Origin: a virus
Taxonomy: Duplodnaviria > Caudoviricetes
Direction: 5' to 3' (one strand)
Virus record (IMG/VR): IMGVR_UViG_3300042483_000317
Location: 434-64,433 of that record
Length of the DNA: 64,000 bases
Position numbers and translations under genes: made by a program. Positions 41,701 through 50,892 of the stretch are shown here, one piece after another. How positions within the stretch are numbered: the stretch's first letter is position 1; each line of letters starts with the position of its first letter. The notes below the pieces were generated by a model that ran no database searches, was not told the DNA's origin, and worked only from the letters and a program-made list of their open reading frames with translations.

Positions 41701-42637
41701 TTCTATTTTTCATTTGCACAAGCGTAATTTCAGGAAAATCATCAGGTATCATACCTTTTGATTTATATTCACTATATAATTCCCTAACTTTTTGATAACC
41801 TCGTGATACTGTTGAGTCTTGAACATTTGAAAAATTAGTTGAACTTCCTTTGGTTGTTTGTATACTAACTCTAGATTGATACATATGGGGAACAGCTATT
41901 AAAGCCGCCATAGGTATTTCACTTAATAGGGTATATTTGTATGTAAAAAATTGTAGTTTAATTTTAAAATTACCATTAGATGTGTCGTATCTTGACGAAA
42001 ACGTTTGTAACATTAATTGTAATTTAACGGCTTTACCATAAAATCCTTTTATAGTTAATTGAAACATCGGATAAGGTAAATTAAAGAACGCCGCGTAAGG
42101 TGAGTTATCTCCTGCCTCAAACATTGCTCTACCTTTAACATCTTCTAATTCAATGGTGATTGATGGTAAAAAATCTAAGCCTTGTCTAATATTGATTGAT
42201 GTAATACCTAACAATCCATTATCAACAGATGCTTGTTTACCACCTGAATTAATAGTTTGTCTAATATAATAATCACTACTTTTGTTTGGATTAGATACTG
42301 ATGTTAATTTTGGTTGATTTACACCATTACCTGTAATAGTGTCTTTACCTGTTAATTCATCCGTATATGAATTGTCTAAAAATGTTTTATCTCCCGGTTT
42401 TAAAAAGTTAATACTGGCTATTGAAACTGTTTGTACTTGGTCGTTATTTGCAACACCAATCGCTAATTTGGTACGTGGTAATACTTTACACTCCAAATTA
42501 GCATACATTACTAAATTTTCTTGTTTAACATATCTTTCTTTTACTTTTCCGTCACTATCTATGACTTTATTTGGGTCAATGATTGATATGTTATTATAAT
42601 CAAACTCAACTAATATATTTTCCGATTTATCTACCAT
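35762..42637 (-). CDS. Giant baseplate hub protein (gp27/late-control-D-like ends) with a possible degenerate muralytic domain
   Basis: N-terminal GITSINI...ITIELED; later CTVSMMGNAMIQP...SGAYMIQEVNHSI...FETVFKGIR; follows the gp53-like gene. Confidence 0.6.
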   Translation of the reverse strand: MVDKSENILVEFDYNNISIIDPNKVIDSDGKVKERYVKQENLVMYANLECKVLPRTKLAIGVANNDQVQTVSIASINFLKPGDKTFLDNSYTDELTGKDTITGNGVNQPKLTSVSNPNKSSDYYIRQTINSGGKQASVDNGLLGITSINIRQGLDFLPSITIELEDVKGRAMFEAGDNSPYAAFFNLPYPMFQLTIKGFYGKAVKLQLMLQTFSSRYDTSNGNFKIKLQFFTYKYTLLSEIPMAALIAVPHMYQSRVSIQTTKGSSTNFSNVQDSTVSRGYQKVRELYSEYKSKGMIPDDFPEITLVQMKNRIENFIKNILTSFSQQNLDPLTYVEEYQKLLGNLDKDVYAGAGTSWAATYMDTKNYLVMNDGSKVYTFKPEINTAQKRSNALGELQGIIYLAKEEMEANPVCGLNGKYTIDGKTKTGSYIPFKITQSIFPIDLKEADVNVDETYRQRKKLSTQPTALQLQEFKNQLATEGIFNSLTITNKGGSEEKKFQFYIFDGVNRFEDLINQMGKLAKTTKENIQEELTEALTNLLQKKDNGIGFVPNIRNVLAVIFANGEAFLRLMDDVHVQAWNLNDTQIKARRNSILNPETANACVDNVSSGDNTTLPIYPWPQMLVATSGKDGREKFELTYPGDKNVINQTKGYLTDLWPEVEFVEEFIKATAQTVNPPGDPLETENPLTDIQRVSLDAIEFPISNAVYDNKEEVKYFYEIFERIFLTSNYSGLLRSNGNAQDTDKVTDVIAEAESINILQSLSNNNPFIIKKLKEFGINAGNFEILLRHISNDGTGESWQNFIRGIFNTSYIKNKVNNSSYEFLSQNLLSESKSQPLVSLPGEKNVNDFISNSTSSNIFNLTDTYPFTNFTWVKSELANGNSISDIKSSYNTTKVLTYNSNKKIISNFLDITNDEDRRPFTNFLFNNIKSPIYYYDLKLFYENRSFDSQLPTEGNLRYLNYSGLVTSDQTVSILNTPYFINSIQEGVKNFRNNSEYPFVASAYLFLNSLPLSTLREKYKTYESNSVKDLDYIFATLKKFGAVHKLPYPWILKIGSVWNRYKTFVETGLDIINTSWSGFSYVHNYDPVTNSASRNYGLTINGAQMDIVLEKNTTLGLETSSLINTGFYPLLINDFNVFYQGFQIYSGYTDTDIQNGFSSGVTLNYVPEAIINMPEGFDPNNPKRDLRVIPWSVYITTLDKTSSYIVPSQGALINQTSNECITEETNQLKYEITGNTAMYNGSVRLFWEAPNYGYFDINKVVKPTPLKYLKQVFNLTGNTKQENFSINGVQDDYTEISEMFSVFEKEILDSFESEFLNFSKSIYDFDSEFISNTDTETTKSFKNFQMLMRSLMKIPKISGTTINTELVSAVSKSQLSVLSNILQSFLNYDVVFKYGNPANFDKRLFYTFSNALIADPYTWSKYSYQTPIPLPTSGGTVTLSQSITNYPNQWKALQIYVGFSEIPQLKYTNNGSYITDFFVDCNIDFSVDNIKTFAPIIKIYATQKLNDSTLNYSKFITLMNQYIASTDKFQSIIINKLMPKLQKQLPDVGSTPDNALPSVLEGPQTKLEYWESFKALNDKWIAGNDFKTKTLFEDVLLMDRANRNIGDKVLIDVNKLKNRLTDINVKTSMLTFVQTILVENNFVVMNIPSYVNFYNVQDAVKNPVPKPEGSLDFANTMFGTFLNVDYRNSSAKMVCFYAGKPSEQPDFKNNANVRFKGDSFDLRRASDNPLIEDQIGKNDWDKSNKVVGFNVDVGPQNQSIFHGFQIDQSAGQATAESLQQTDELVKQSSGKAAGTQNISLYNLYKNRSYACTVSMMGNAMIQPTMYFNLRHVPMFSGAYMIQEVNHSIGPGTFETVFKGIRQSISNLPEMDSYIQTLKTNLLTSIIEKNKQDKQAAIKENGTKGTNVISQANDTVKEASTNPANSVATNSECKPTITNYAKYDNVDSPTTTKSKYKDAISTIIVQTDIQKLRYLVFAAIYLGSSNGTELETKENNYSGVDLLQNWGQAGDSYFNKQYYCTSSNVPYAIFSDLSKHITFLIARWKDRVSQLPEITAKDITKFYILYFSANAKNIDVYNKLVQQNASFLSEIEANVQKSIDLFKTGSGNQSGSLPPNTPPTTNSNEALFENAKKFNTFSLQNLEIKGDVLNGDFEVNNQNELITQDYPAKLYISGGMNNVEIGTFTIKPKTNKNVGTFVSVANITEILEAAKNDKTYRFTLIVKVNAFPNISYGFSRVLLPLKCPDKGYTYRQIIEVGKWDAIKDNICCKCYSKPYTGSEIIWDSKPCSRNGTTC

Positions 42638-42953
42638 AATAAAAGAAGTAATTTTCTAGGTCATTGTTGTAATCCTGTAAAGAAGCTATTAAAGGATATG
42701 GAATTGTCAAGATAGCCCCATCAGGGATATTCCACTCTTGACCAGCGTATAGTGGATTTGCTTGTAATATTAACCAACCAAAAAAAGGACTACCATAAAA
42801 TTGTTGTGAAACTTTATCTAATCTAGATTGAGCAACTTTAAAAATATATCTTTTATCGGTGGATTTACTTGGCAGACCAATATATGGTACAACGGTTTGT
42901 TGTCCATTAACAATAAAATTATTGTATCTATTATAATAATCTTTAGTACCCAT
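42627..42953 (-). CDS. Baseplate gp53 / tail X LysM-like protein
   Basis: RLDKVSQQFYGSPFFGWLILQANP...IPDGAILTIP. Confidence 0.85.
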   Translation of the reverse strand: MGTKDYYNRYNNFIVNGQQTVVPYIGLPSKSTDKRYIFKVAQSRLDKVSQQFYGSPFFGWLILQANPLYAGQEWNIPDGAILTIPYPLIASLQDYNNDLENYFFYYGR

Positions 42954-42955
42954 AA

Positions 42956-45900
42956 TTAATCAAATTTTATTTTACCATCAAATGTTAATTTATCATTGTT
43001 AACATTTACAGATTTATATAAATTAGCTATATCTGTTTTCTGTTGTGTTTCAGTTGCTGGGTCCGGAACCGTAGTATATGTAAACTTTCTTAACTTACCT
43101 TTAGGATAAGCCGGTTGATTTACAAATTTTGAATAAGATTCTTTATCCCTAATTGTTTTAATAAATTTTTGTTCAGCAATTAACTCTTTTTTTGTTAAAT
43201 CCGCAAAATCATCACAAATATTATTAAATTTTCTAACTAATTTATTATCATTTTTTAGTTCTCCACTAATAATTGCGTTTTTAAATTGAGTTAGTTTATT
43301 ATTGTCATTAAAAATTTGAGCCATCACCATGAATTGTCTTTTATCTTGAACAGATGCTGTCGCAAAGTCTTTAGATATTGGTTCAAATTCCCCCGGACCT
43401 TCATAAGGTACGGTAATAGTTGTTATTATTTTTTCAGCTTCCATTAATACATTAAATTGGTCTAATCTAATACCAACTAAACGATAATCATCACACAATT
43501 CTTGATATGTGTCTAATGGTGGACCAGGACTAGCCGTATTAACTTCAGTTGTTCCGGAAATAGTATAAACTCGAGGAACCCCCGTATCTAAAATCTTACC
43601 ATCAGTTTTGGTTGTTACTAAATTTATTTTTCTAATAAATTGAACCATGCTTTGTTCTAAAACCACAATTTCTTGAATTTTAGTAAATAAACCACTACTA
43701 TAATCACTTTTTAATGAGTTAATATATTGATTCATATTTGTTTTAACTCTTTGGATTGTTGCGTCAGTAAATTTAAACCCTACTAATCTTGATATTATAT
43801 AATTTTGATTAGTTGGATTATCAGCGTTAATATCTGATATAAATGTACTAAATAACGAATCTACTTTAGTTTCAACACCTTCCGGTTTTCCATAAATTGA
43901 TGTCAATATACTACTAGAATTTAAACTTATTTCTCCCGAAGTATATAATCTATCTTGAGTTATTAATTGCCACACACCATAATTGTACGATTTAACAATA
44001 CTATCACTTTGATTTAAAATATTTGTATAATATTCTTTGGTTGCATCTAATATTTTATCCATAATAGTCATATAGGTAATTTCACCTGTTTGACCACTAG
44101 TAACCGGAATATTAGTTAAGATATCACCAATAGTGTTTCCACCATCATTAACGATGTCATTTTGGACATTGTTCACTGTGACAGGAGGTTGAGCATTTAA
44201 AATTGATTGTATTAATGTTGCATCCAACGCAGATGTATCTTCAGTCCACGTCGCTCTTTCATCATAAATTTCTGTATTAGCATAATAATTAAATGATAAT
44301 GCGTTCTGTAATTGTTCAACAGGTCTGGCTAATCCCATACCACCAATCATATCAAAACTTAAATTAACATTCGCAATCATTGGTTGAATACCAATACCTT
44401 CAGGATTCATATCTAACACTAATGGTTCATATGAAAATGAAATTGTTTTTGGAATTATTTTACCATTATAAAAATCCCCAACTCTTAATACTAAAACCGG
44501 TGGGGCACCAAACGCAGTGTTTACCGCATCATTATATTTTGGTTTACCATCAACTCCGATAATCGGTATTGTTTCACCAGGTCTAACACATTGATTTAAA
44601 AATGTTAATCTCGCATTTAAACCTTCAGGAGTCATAGAGTGAAAAGCAGGATTAAAGAATTTAATCTTATCAGCAATTGACCCATATATAACAGGATTAC
44701 TCTCTTTTATAACTTCAAAATAATCACATTCAGTTAATAATTGTCGAATAATTCGTTTTCCAATACCTTCTTTTAATTTTTGTTGTATTTCAACAGTTTG
44801 AACAGGTTTGATTGTATTTATTGTTGTTGCACTAACTTCAGGGGTTGTAATTTCAGTTTTTTGAGTTGTAGTTGTTGTTGTTACTGTTGGGGCAACAACA
44901 ATACTATTAATCTTAACTCTCCTACAAGCCATAGCATCTGTTGAATAAACCTCAGCTTCTTTGTTAGAAACATTCGTATTTGACGATGATTTAATGTTTT
45001 TACTACAGTCAACTTGTGTTCCAGTACCTGATTCACCTTGAGGTATAGAAATTTGTTCACCCTTACCACTTTGTAGTGTAATTTGTAAGGTTTGATTTTC
45101 AAAGAAAGGAGCCAAATTAACATCTCCAATACGATACGCCTTTAAGAATTGAATAACAGAATCATTTCTTCTTTTAGAAAGATTTTCATTATACGGGACA
45201 CTAGCAGTTGCTGATGCCGAACCAACCATTTGAATACTTATAGTCCCCTTTTTTTCTTTTAGAATATTGTAAGCGTCTTTTATAAAATTATTATCATTAA
45301 GAGCAATTTTTTTATAATTAGATTCAACAATATTTGTAAAGAACTCACCAACATTTCTATTAGTAACACCAACATTAAAAATTGCACTTGCGGTATCAAC
45401 ATATGTTTTTTTATTTCCAACACTAGTATATGCCGAATACGTGACATCATATGGTACTGAAGAAACTACACCTTTTGAGTTAGGGTCAGGAATATCATTA
45501 TCAAAATAAAAAGCCAATTGAGAATAATTCTTTTTAAAGTCATCTATTGATGTGTCAGGATTTGCTACTTGTGTTGTCGCATCACCAGGGGTTCCCGCAC
45601 CACCTTGAGTTACTGAATTATCTCTCGCAATACTTGAACTAACACTCTTTAACTCTTCATCCGTTAATCTTGGATTACTTAAAATCTCTTGATACGTATA
45701 TAAATCTTTCGTTGGAATAGTATTAAACTTTAACGCCAATTCATAAATGTCATACTTAACACATCCAGCAAAGAATGAATCAATTATTGAATTAATTCTT
45801 TCCTTATTTTGTCCTTTTAATTGTTTTTCAACAACCGCATTCATAACTGAAGGACTATCAACAATAATCTTCCAACTTAATTGACCCGTTCTAGTTGTAT

Positions 45901-47965
45901 TCTTATAAGTGTAAATTGGTTCCGGTCTACCCAAGAAAGAGGTATCATTCCAATTGGCACTACTACTATCAGAGAATTTTAAATCATATGGTGGAAACCA
46001 CATAACTCTACCACCATTTGGTCCTTTTTCACAAACAGGTAATTCGTCATAAGTAAAACCAGGTCTACTTGATGTTCTCCAAGCTAAGTTCTCAATTGAG
46101 AACATATATTTTTTAGCATAACCCCCCGTTCCATTAACATTATTAGCAATAATGTTTGTCGAACCCGGATTTCTTAATGGAGCGATGTTTAAGTTATATG
46201 TATTATCTAATACAGAGTGAGTAAATCTTCTACCCGCTGTAGTTATACCATCTGTTTTTTGTAAATCATTATATGTGTAGTAAGGATTGTCTTTAGTAAA
46301 AACTCTACAATATTCAATACCAGCAGCACCACCTGTCGCATTATCAGTGTATGATAAGACTTGAGAACCTTTTGTAATTTCTTTATACCCATCATTGAAC
46401 ACCTTACTAATTTGATTCATCGCATTACCAACATGTTTTAAACGGGCAATACCTGTAACATTATCCGCAGAATCAATTAATCTTTGAGTTTGGTCTAATA
46501 TTGATGTTTCTTTGAATTCAATATTTGTCGATTGGTCTCTTGTAATGTTTCCACTAACCAATTGATAATCTTCATCCATTGTTCCTGAACCACCTCCCGG
46601 TATTGCTCGGAATCCTGCATTGTCTTTATACTTTGGAGATACCCAAACAAAACCACCATCAATACTATCACTGTCAGCATAGGACTTACCTCCTAAACCA
46701 AAATTACTAAGTGTTGATTCATTACCTTCATATAAAATACCCATCTCTGATGGACCGTATACAGGTGAAGGGTCTTGTTGACCAAAGGCGTTAACAGGTA
46801 TTTGATTTGGGGGTGATGTAATATAAGATGGTTCTGATGTTCTATTACCAACATAATAACCACCAACTAACGTACCATTACCCGGATTAATATTTGGAAC
46901 TAATAAATTAACAAGACCTTGAGCAACCCCAAACAATAAACCATAATCTTTATCGTAAGAAGGTTGATATCTGTTATAATTAATATTAGCAAATAAAACC
47001 GACCTTTGACCATTACCGGTGTTGGCTAAAAATATTTGAGAACCACTTCTATTAAGATTTAAAATTGGTCCTAATAAACCACCTGTTAATTGATTAACGG
47101 TGTTTAATGCGTTTGATGTTTGTTGTGTTTGACTATTTTCGTTATTATCATTGAAGTAATCTCCCGGTATTAACGAAACGGGCCAATAAGCCCCCGCCAA
47201 TCTTGTTAAGAAGTCGGCCGCAGCAACAACAGGGTTTTCAGGTACAGTAATTTTCCAATTCTTATAAACTAAAGGTTGTTGTCCTGACAACATCATACTA
47301 ATCTCAAACGGGTCTTGTAGAGATTGTAAGTTGATTTGACCTAACGTGTTTTGAAATAATTCAGCATCAATTCTTTTTTTCAATAAAGAATTTAATTCAA
47401 TAGCGCCAAATCTAGCAATAAATGAATCTTGAGACAATAAACCATTACTACCAATAGGATTTGGTGATAATAAAATATTATAAGGTGAATATGATGACGG
47501 AGCAAAACTTGGTGGTTCCCAATAAGGTTGGTATATCTTATTATTATTCTCAACATCCGTAATGATTACTAAATCATTATAACCACCATTAGGACCATAC
47601 GCATTTTGAATATAAGCGGCATCAATAAAAAATTCATTAAGTAAATCTAACGCAGTGTCATTAGGGTTATATTCCCCTTGATTTGAATTTACCGGTAAAG
47701 GAGGTCCATTAAAATTAATATCTAAATTATAACCCCCATTTGGACCATATTCATTTAACGGGTATAATAATTGAGCATAAGGGTCATTTGTTATTAACTC
47801 ACCCGGTGAATCAATAACATTACTAACACCTAAAATAGTTTCGTAATTAACTTGATTTGCTGGTGGAGTATAAACACCTTGAACACTGTAGGGCGCCAAG
47901 TTTTTTGCCATTAGAGAATTTCTAAAGGATGACGTGGATGCAAACGATAATGAACTATCTGACAT
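42956..47965 (-). CDS. Large baseplate/tube-initiator-like protein with an embedded OmpA-C-like domain
   Basis: FLGRPEPIYTYKNTTR and APPVLVLRVGDFY (tube-initiator type); GSAS...YNENLSKRRNDSV...GKGE...RRVKI (OmpA-C). Confidence 0.65.
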   Translation of the reverse strand: MSDSSLSFASTSSFRNSLMAKNLAPYSVQGVYTPPANQVNYETILGVSNVIDSPGELITNDPYAQLLYPLNEYGPNGGYNLDINFNGPPLPVNSNQGEYNPNDTALDLLNEFFIDAAYIQNAYGPNGGYNDLVIITDVENNNKIYQPYWEPPSFAPSSYSPYNILLSPNPIGSNGLLSQDSFIARFGAIELNSLLKKRIDAELFQNTLGQINLQSLQDPFEISMMLSGQQPLVYKNWKITVPENPVVAAADFLTRLAGAYWPVSLIPGDYFNDNNENSQTQQTSNALNTVNQLTGGLLGPILNLNRSGSQIFLANTGNGQRSVLFANINYNRYQPSYDKDYGLLFGVAQGLVNLLVPNINPGNGTLVGGYYVGNRTSEPSYITSPPNQIPVNAFGQQDPSPVYGPSEMGILYEGNESTLSNFGLGGKSYADSDSIDGGFVWVSPKYKDNAGFRAIPGGGSGTMDEDYQLVSGNITRDQSTNIEFKETSILDQTQRLIDSADNVTGIARLKHVGNAMNQISKVFNDGYKEITKGSQVLSYTDNATGGAAGIEYCRVFTKDNPYYTYNDLQKTDGITTAGRRFTHSVLDNTYNLNIAPLRNPGSTNIIANNVNGTGGYAKKYMFSIENLAWRTSSRPGFTYDELPVCEKGPNGGRVMWFPPYDLKFSDSSSANWNDTSFLGRPEPIYTYKNTTRTGQLSWKIIVDSPSVMNAVVEKQLKGQNKERINSIIDSFFAGCVKYDIYELALKFNTIPTKDLYTYQEILSNPRLTDEELKSVSSSIARDNSVTQGGAGTPGDATTQVANPDTSIDDFKKNYSQLAFYFDNDIPDPNSKGVVSSVPYDVTYSAYTSVGNKKTYVDTASAIFNVGVTNRNVGEFFTNIVESNYKKIALNDNNFIKDAYNILKEKKGTISIQMVGSASATASVPYNENLSKRRNDSVIQFLKAYRIGDVNLAPFFENQTLQITLQSGKGEQISIPQGESGTGTQVDCSKNIKSSSNTNVSNKEAEVYSTDAMACRRVKINSIVVAPTVTTTTTTQKTEITTPEVSATTINTIKPVQTVEIQQKLKEGIGKRIIRQLLTECDYFEVIKESNPVIYGSIADKIKFFNPAFHSMTPEGLNARLTFLNQCVRPGETIPIIGVDGKPKYNDAVNTAFGAPPVLVLRVGDFYNGKIIPKTISFSYEPLVLDMNPEGIGIQPMIANVNLSFDMIGGMGLARPVEQLQNALSFNYYANTEIYDERATWTEDTSALDATLIQSILNAQPPVTVNNVQNDIVNDGGNTIGDILTNIPVTSGQTGEITYMTIMDKILDATKEYYTNILNQSDSIVKSYNYGVWQLITQDRLYTSGEISLNSSSILTSIYGKPEGVETKVDSLFSTFISDINADNPTNQNYIISRLVGFKFTDATIQRVKTNMNQYINSLKSDYSSGLFTKIQEIVVLEQSMVQFIRKINLVTTKTDGKILDTGVPRVYTISGTTEVNTASPGPPLDTYQELCDDYRLVGIRLDQFNVLMEAEKIITTITVPYEGPGEFEPISKDFATASVQDKRQFMVMAQIFNDNNKLTQFKNAIISGELKNDNKLVRKFNNICDDFADLTKKELIAEQKFIKTIRDKESYSKFVNQPAYPKGKLRKFTYTTVPDPATETQQKTDIANLYKSVNVNNDKLTFDGKIKFD

Positions 47966-48011
47966 ATATTATTATTTATCTATAAATAGATTGTACTTTA
48001 TTTTATCGACC

Positions 48012-49892
48012 TTACTTATTAGATAAGTTAGGATTCATTAGTTGTGTTTTATTTGACGTTGGTGCCAATAATCCATTACTATACATCGCCTCTTTCAACG
48101 CATTAACCATACCTTGTTGAACATCGGTATTCTTAAATGCTTGAACAACTTGATTAGTATCAATATTACCATTTGTTTTTAAATCAATATTATGATTTAA
48201 TGTTATTTCAATTGGTTTGTTTGGTGCTGCGTTATTTGATTGAGTATTAGTAGGTGTTGCGGACGCATTTCTAACACTACCAATATTTCTTTTAACATTT
48301 GCGGGATTAGCGTCTGATGATTGTTTTTTAATATTCGCAGTTCCTCTTATATCACCACTTAAAACTTGTTGAAGTTGTTCCACAAAAGGAAAGTCTTTTT
48401 TTATTTTTTCTGATTCTACACCAGCATTTTTTCTACTAGTTTCAATACTTTTACTAATAAATGAATTTAAGTCTTTTAAACTTGTTCCTAATTCTTTTGA
48501 CGCTTCACCTTTAGTTATTTTACCTTCAGATAACCTTTTTATAATGTCTAAATTTTTATCTACACCACTGTCAATTGAACCTCTAAGATTTTTTGATTCC
48601 ATTTCTTTTGGAGACATTACTTTAGCAACACTTGTTGCGGATGCTCTACTAAATTTTTGAAGACCCGTCATCGTTTTACCTCCAGCTAAACCTAACCCTG
48701 TTTTATCAGCCATTGATGCAATATCCGCCGCCATAGCTTGTGTAGTACTTAATTGGTCTTTAGCCAATTCCTCCATAGTTTTTGGAGCGGTATTGGCCAT
48801 TTTTTCAAGATTTGCAACATCTTTTTCATTTAACTCATCAAGGGCTTTAGTAATAGTTTGACCTGTTTCTTGGTCAGTCACCTGTACCTCATATTTACCA
48901 CCCGCACCCATTTCAGCCATATTGGCTATCATTTTTTGCTTATCTTCGTCTAATCCCGGTAAATCAGGAAAACGGATTTTACTCATTTTGTCTTCCAACT
49001 CAGCACTACCTAACGCCATTTTAGTCAATTGTTCGTAAGGAATACCCATCGCTTTTGAGATTTCTCTCATTTGACGTTTTGCTCCCGGCATGATTTCAAA
49101 ATTACCATCCTTACCAAGTTGAACAAATTGTTTACTCATTTCCGCCATTTGATTTTGTAACTCGGCAGGGTCATTTTGTGCCAAGTCCATAAGTTTTAAT
49201 GGGTCAAGTAAACTACTTTGAGACACACCTAATCTTTGCATTGCCGCAGCCATTTCAATTGCACCTTCAGGGTCAAACACTTTTTCTGCAAATGCTAATG
49301 TTTGTGACATGTCAATTCTTAACAAACTTGCTTGTGCCGCCATTTTAGCTAAACCTGACACACCACCTTCAAAATTATATTTGTTAAGAGCGTCCATATT
49401 TTGTAAAACTTTTGTGGATACATCAGAAGCGTTTACACCTGATTGAGTAGCGATATCAACAACTTTTTTCATTTCACCCGCAACTCGGCCAGCACCAATC
49501 CCAACATCTTTAAATCCTGACACTAATGTACCAACTTCTTGACCAGTAACTTTAAAAGTTGCGTAAAGGTCTTTATTTACTTCCGCAGATAATATTACGT
49601 TTCGTTGTAATGACTTTGATGCGGCTTCTTGAACTTTAATAACATCCCCGATATCACCACCTAAAGCCCTAACATTACTAACAGCATCAGCCATTGTCGC
49701 ATTTAATGTTTGAGCCATTTGTTGACCAAGACCAAACTGTTTTAAAAGTACACTGGCACCATTATCAAGTTCTTCCACAACCTTACTAACGGCAGCAATA
49801 CTAAAATTACTCGCTAAAGCATCTCCAAACGAGTCAATAATACCCTTACCTTTTTTTCCACTAGCGTCTAAACTACTATTAGCATCTTGCAT
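48012..49892 (-). CDS. Tape measure protein
   Basis: Helical Ala/Gln/Met/Lys-rich 626 aa, located after the tube and chaperone genes and before the baseplate hub. Confidence 0.75.
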   Translation of the reverse strand: MQDANSSLDASGKKGKGIIDSFGDALASNFSIAAVSKVVEELDNGASVLLKQFGLGQQMAQTLNATMADAVSNVRALGGDIGDVIKVQEAASKSLQRNVILSAEVNKDLYATFKVTGQEVGTLVSGFKDVGIGAGRVAGEMKKVVDIATQSGVNASDVSTKVLQNMDALNKYNFEGGVSGLAKMAAQASLLRIDMSQTLAFAEKVFDPEGAIEMAAAMQRLGVSQSSLLDPLKLMDLAQNDPAELQNQMAEMSKQFVQLGKDGNFEIMPGAKRQMREISKAMGIPYEQLTKMALGSAELEDKMSKIRFPDLPGLDEDKQKMIANMAEMGAGGKYEVQVTDQETGQTITKALDELNEKDVANLEKMANTAPKTMEELAKDQLSTTQAMAADIASMADKTGLGLAGGKTMTGLQKFSRASATSVAKVMSPKEMESKNLRGSIDSGVDKNLDIIKRLSEGKITKGEASKELGTSLKDLNSFISKSIETSRKNAGVESEKIKKDFPFVEQLQQVLSGDIRGTANIKKQSSDANPANVKRNIGSVRNASATPTNTQSNNAAPNKPIEITLNHNIDLKTNGNIDTNQVVQAFKNTDVQQGMVNALKEAMYSNGLLAPTSNKTQLMNPNLSNK

Positions 49893-49913
49893 ATTAAATT
49901 TGTTTTATAAATA

Positions 49914-49955
49914 AATACACCAAAGACATATTTTAATTTACGTCTTTGGTGTATT
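49914..49955 (-). promoter_or_regulatory. 14-17 bp hairpin enclosing the stop codon of the +1-frame ORF
   Basis: aatacaccaaagac (49914-49927) pairs with gtctttggtgtatt (49942-49955). Confidence 0.6.
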
Positions 49956-50096
49956 ATCTTCTATTATTCTGTTTATTAAAAATTTTCTAACATAAGTAGG
50001 CATCTCATTGAAGTCACTGTATGATGTTCTAATGAACTTTGCCATCAAGTAATATTCCTCAATAATAAGTTGTCGGTAGTTAAAAGAAAGGCCGAA
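49938..50096 (-). CDS. Unannotated gp51-like / gpT-like chaperone extension in the +1 frame of the upstream gene
   Basis: FGLSFNYRQLIIEEYYLMAKFIRTSYSDFNEMPTYVRKFLINRIIEDNTPKT* fills the gap before the tape measure gene; the MPxxxR motif is typical of tail-chaperone second ORFs. Confidence 0.7.
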   Translation of the reverse strand, partial: FGLSFNYRQLIIEEYYLMAKFIRTSYSDFNEMPTYVRKFLINRIIEDNTPKT

Positions 50097-50835
50097 AAAA
50101 CTCCACCCCAAAGGTTATCTCGAAAGATACCAGTTCTCCTGACGGGGCGTTTGCTGTTCTCTTAAGGTCCAATGACGGTTCATTTTCTCTTAAAAAAGTT
50201 CTTATGTATTTTGAGTCCATAATAGGTAAAGTATCAACAAACATAGCTATTTTACCTCTATCACTATCACCATCAATTTCAACAATTTGTTTTTGTAATT
50301 TCCAAGTAACTCTTGGTGCCTGTCTTCCTGCCGGATATTGTTCAACCATTTTATCTAACTCAATTGTATCATAAAAAGTTGTAGGTCTTATTTTAACTGT
50401 AGTTCCTGTTTTAGGTAATGTTGTTGTAAAAAACCCATTTTCATCTGGTTGATGTTGAGTTTTTTTAATATTTAATTCATCTAATATAACAGTATGTGTA
50501 AATGTTTTATTAGTTTGTGGGTCAACCAAATTAATTATATATTCCGGTCCAAAAGAAGTATTTCTCAAAAAGATTAAAATAGCTTCTACATCACCATCTA
50601 ATAATTCTTCAGGTCGTAAATCATGTTCATATAATTTATTTCTTAATAATGTTAAGACAACATTTTCTTTACCCGCCAATGCACCAATTAAATAATTTTC
50701 ATCAGATGCTGTTAAATAACCAACTTTAACTGACTTTTTTTTAGATTTATAAAAAATTCCACCACTCGGTAATGATACTACATCATGTGGTAATGTGAAA
50801 TTTTCCGTTCCTGCGTTAATTAAACTCTCATCCAT
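50080..50835 (-). CDS. T4 gp26-like baseplate hub / tail assembly chaperone
   Basis: LPSGGIFY, LTASDENYL, LLDGDVEAILIFLR..SFG and C-terminal FF. Confidence 0.75.
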   Translation of the reverse strand: MDESLINAGTENFTLPHDVVSLPSGGIFYKSKKKSVKVGYLTASDENYLIGALAGKENVVLTLLRNKLYEHDLRPEELLDGDVEAILIFLRNTSFGPEYIINLVDPQTNKTFTHTVILDELNIKKTQHQPDENGFFTTTLPKTGTTVKIRPTTFYDTIELDKMVEQYPAGRQAPRVTWKLQKQIVEIDGDSDRGKIAMFVDTLPIMDSKYIRTFLRENEPSLDLKRTANAPSGELVSFEITFGVEFFRPFF

Positions 50836-50892
50836 ATAAATTTGTTTTTATTATAAAATATAATGATATATGTTTTTTTATAAATAGTTAAT

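Noticed and set aside
50044-50103. Canonical -1 frameshift at G TTT TTT
   Set aside because: The -1 frame reaches TGA within about 20 codons; the chaperone-like peptide is in the +1 frame.
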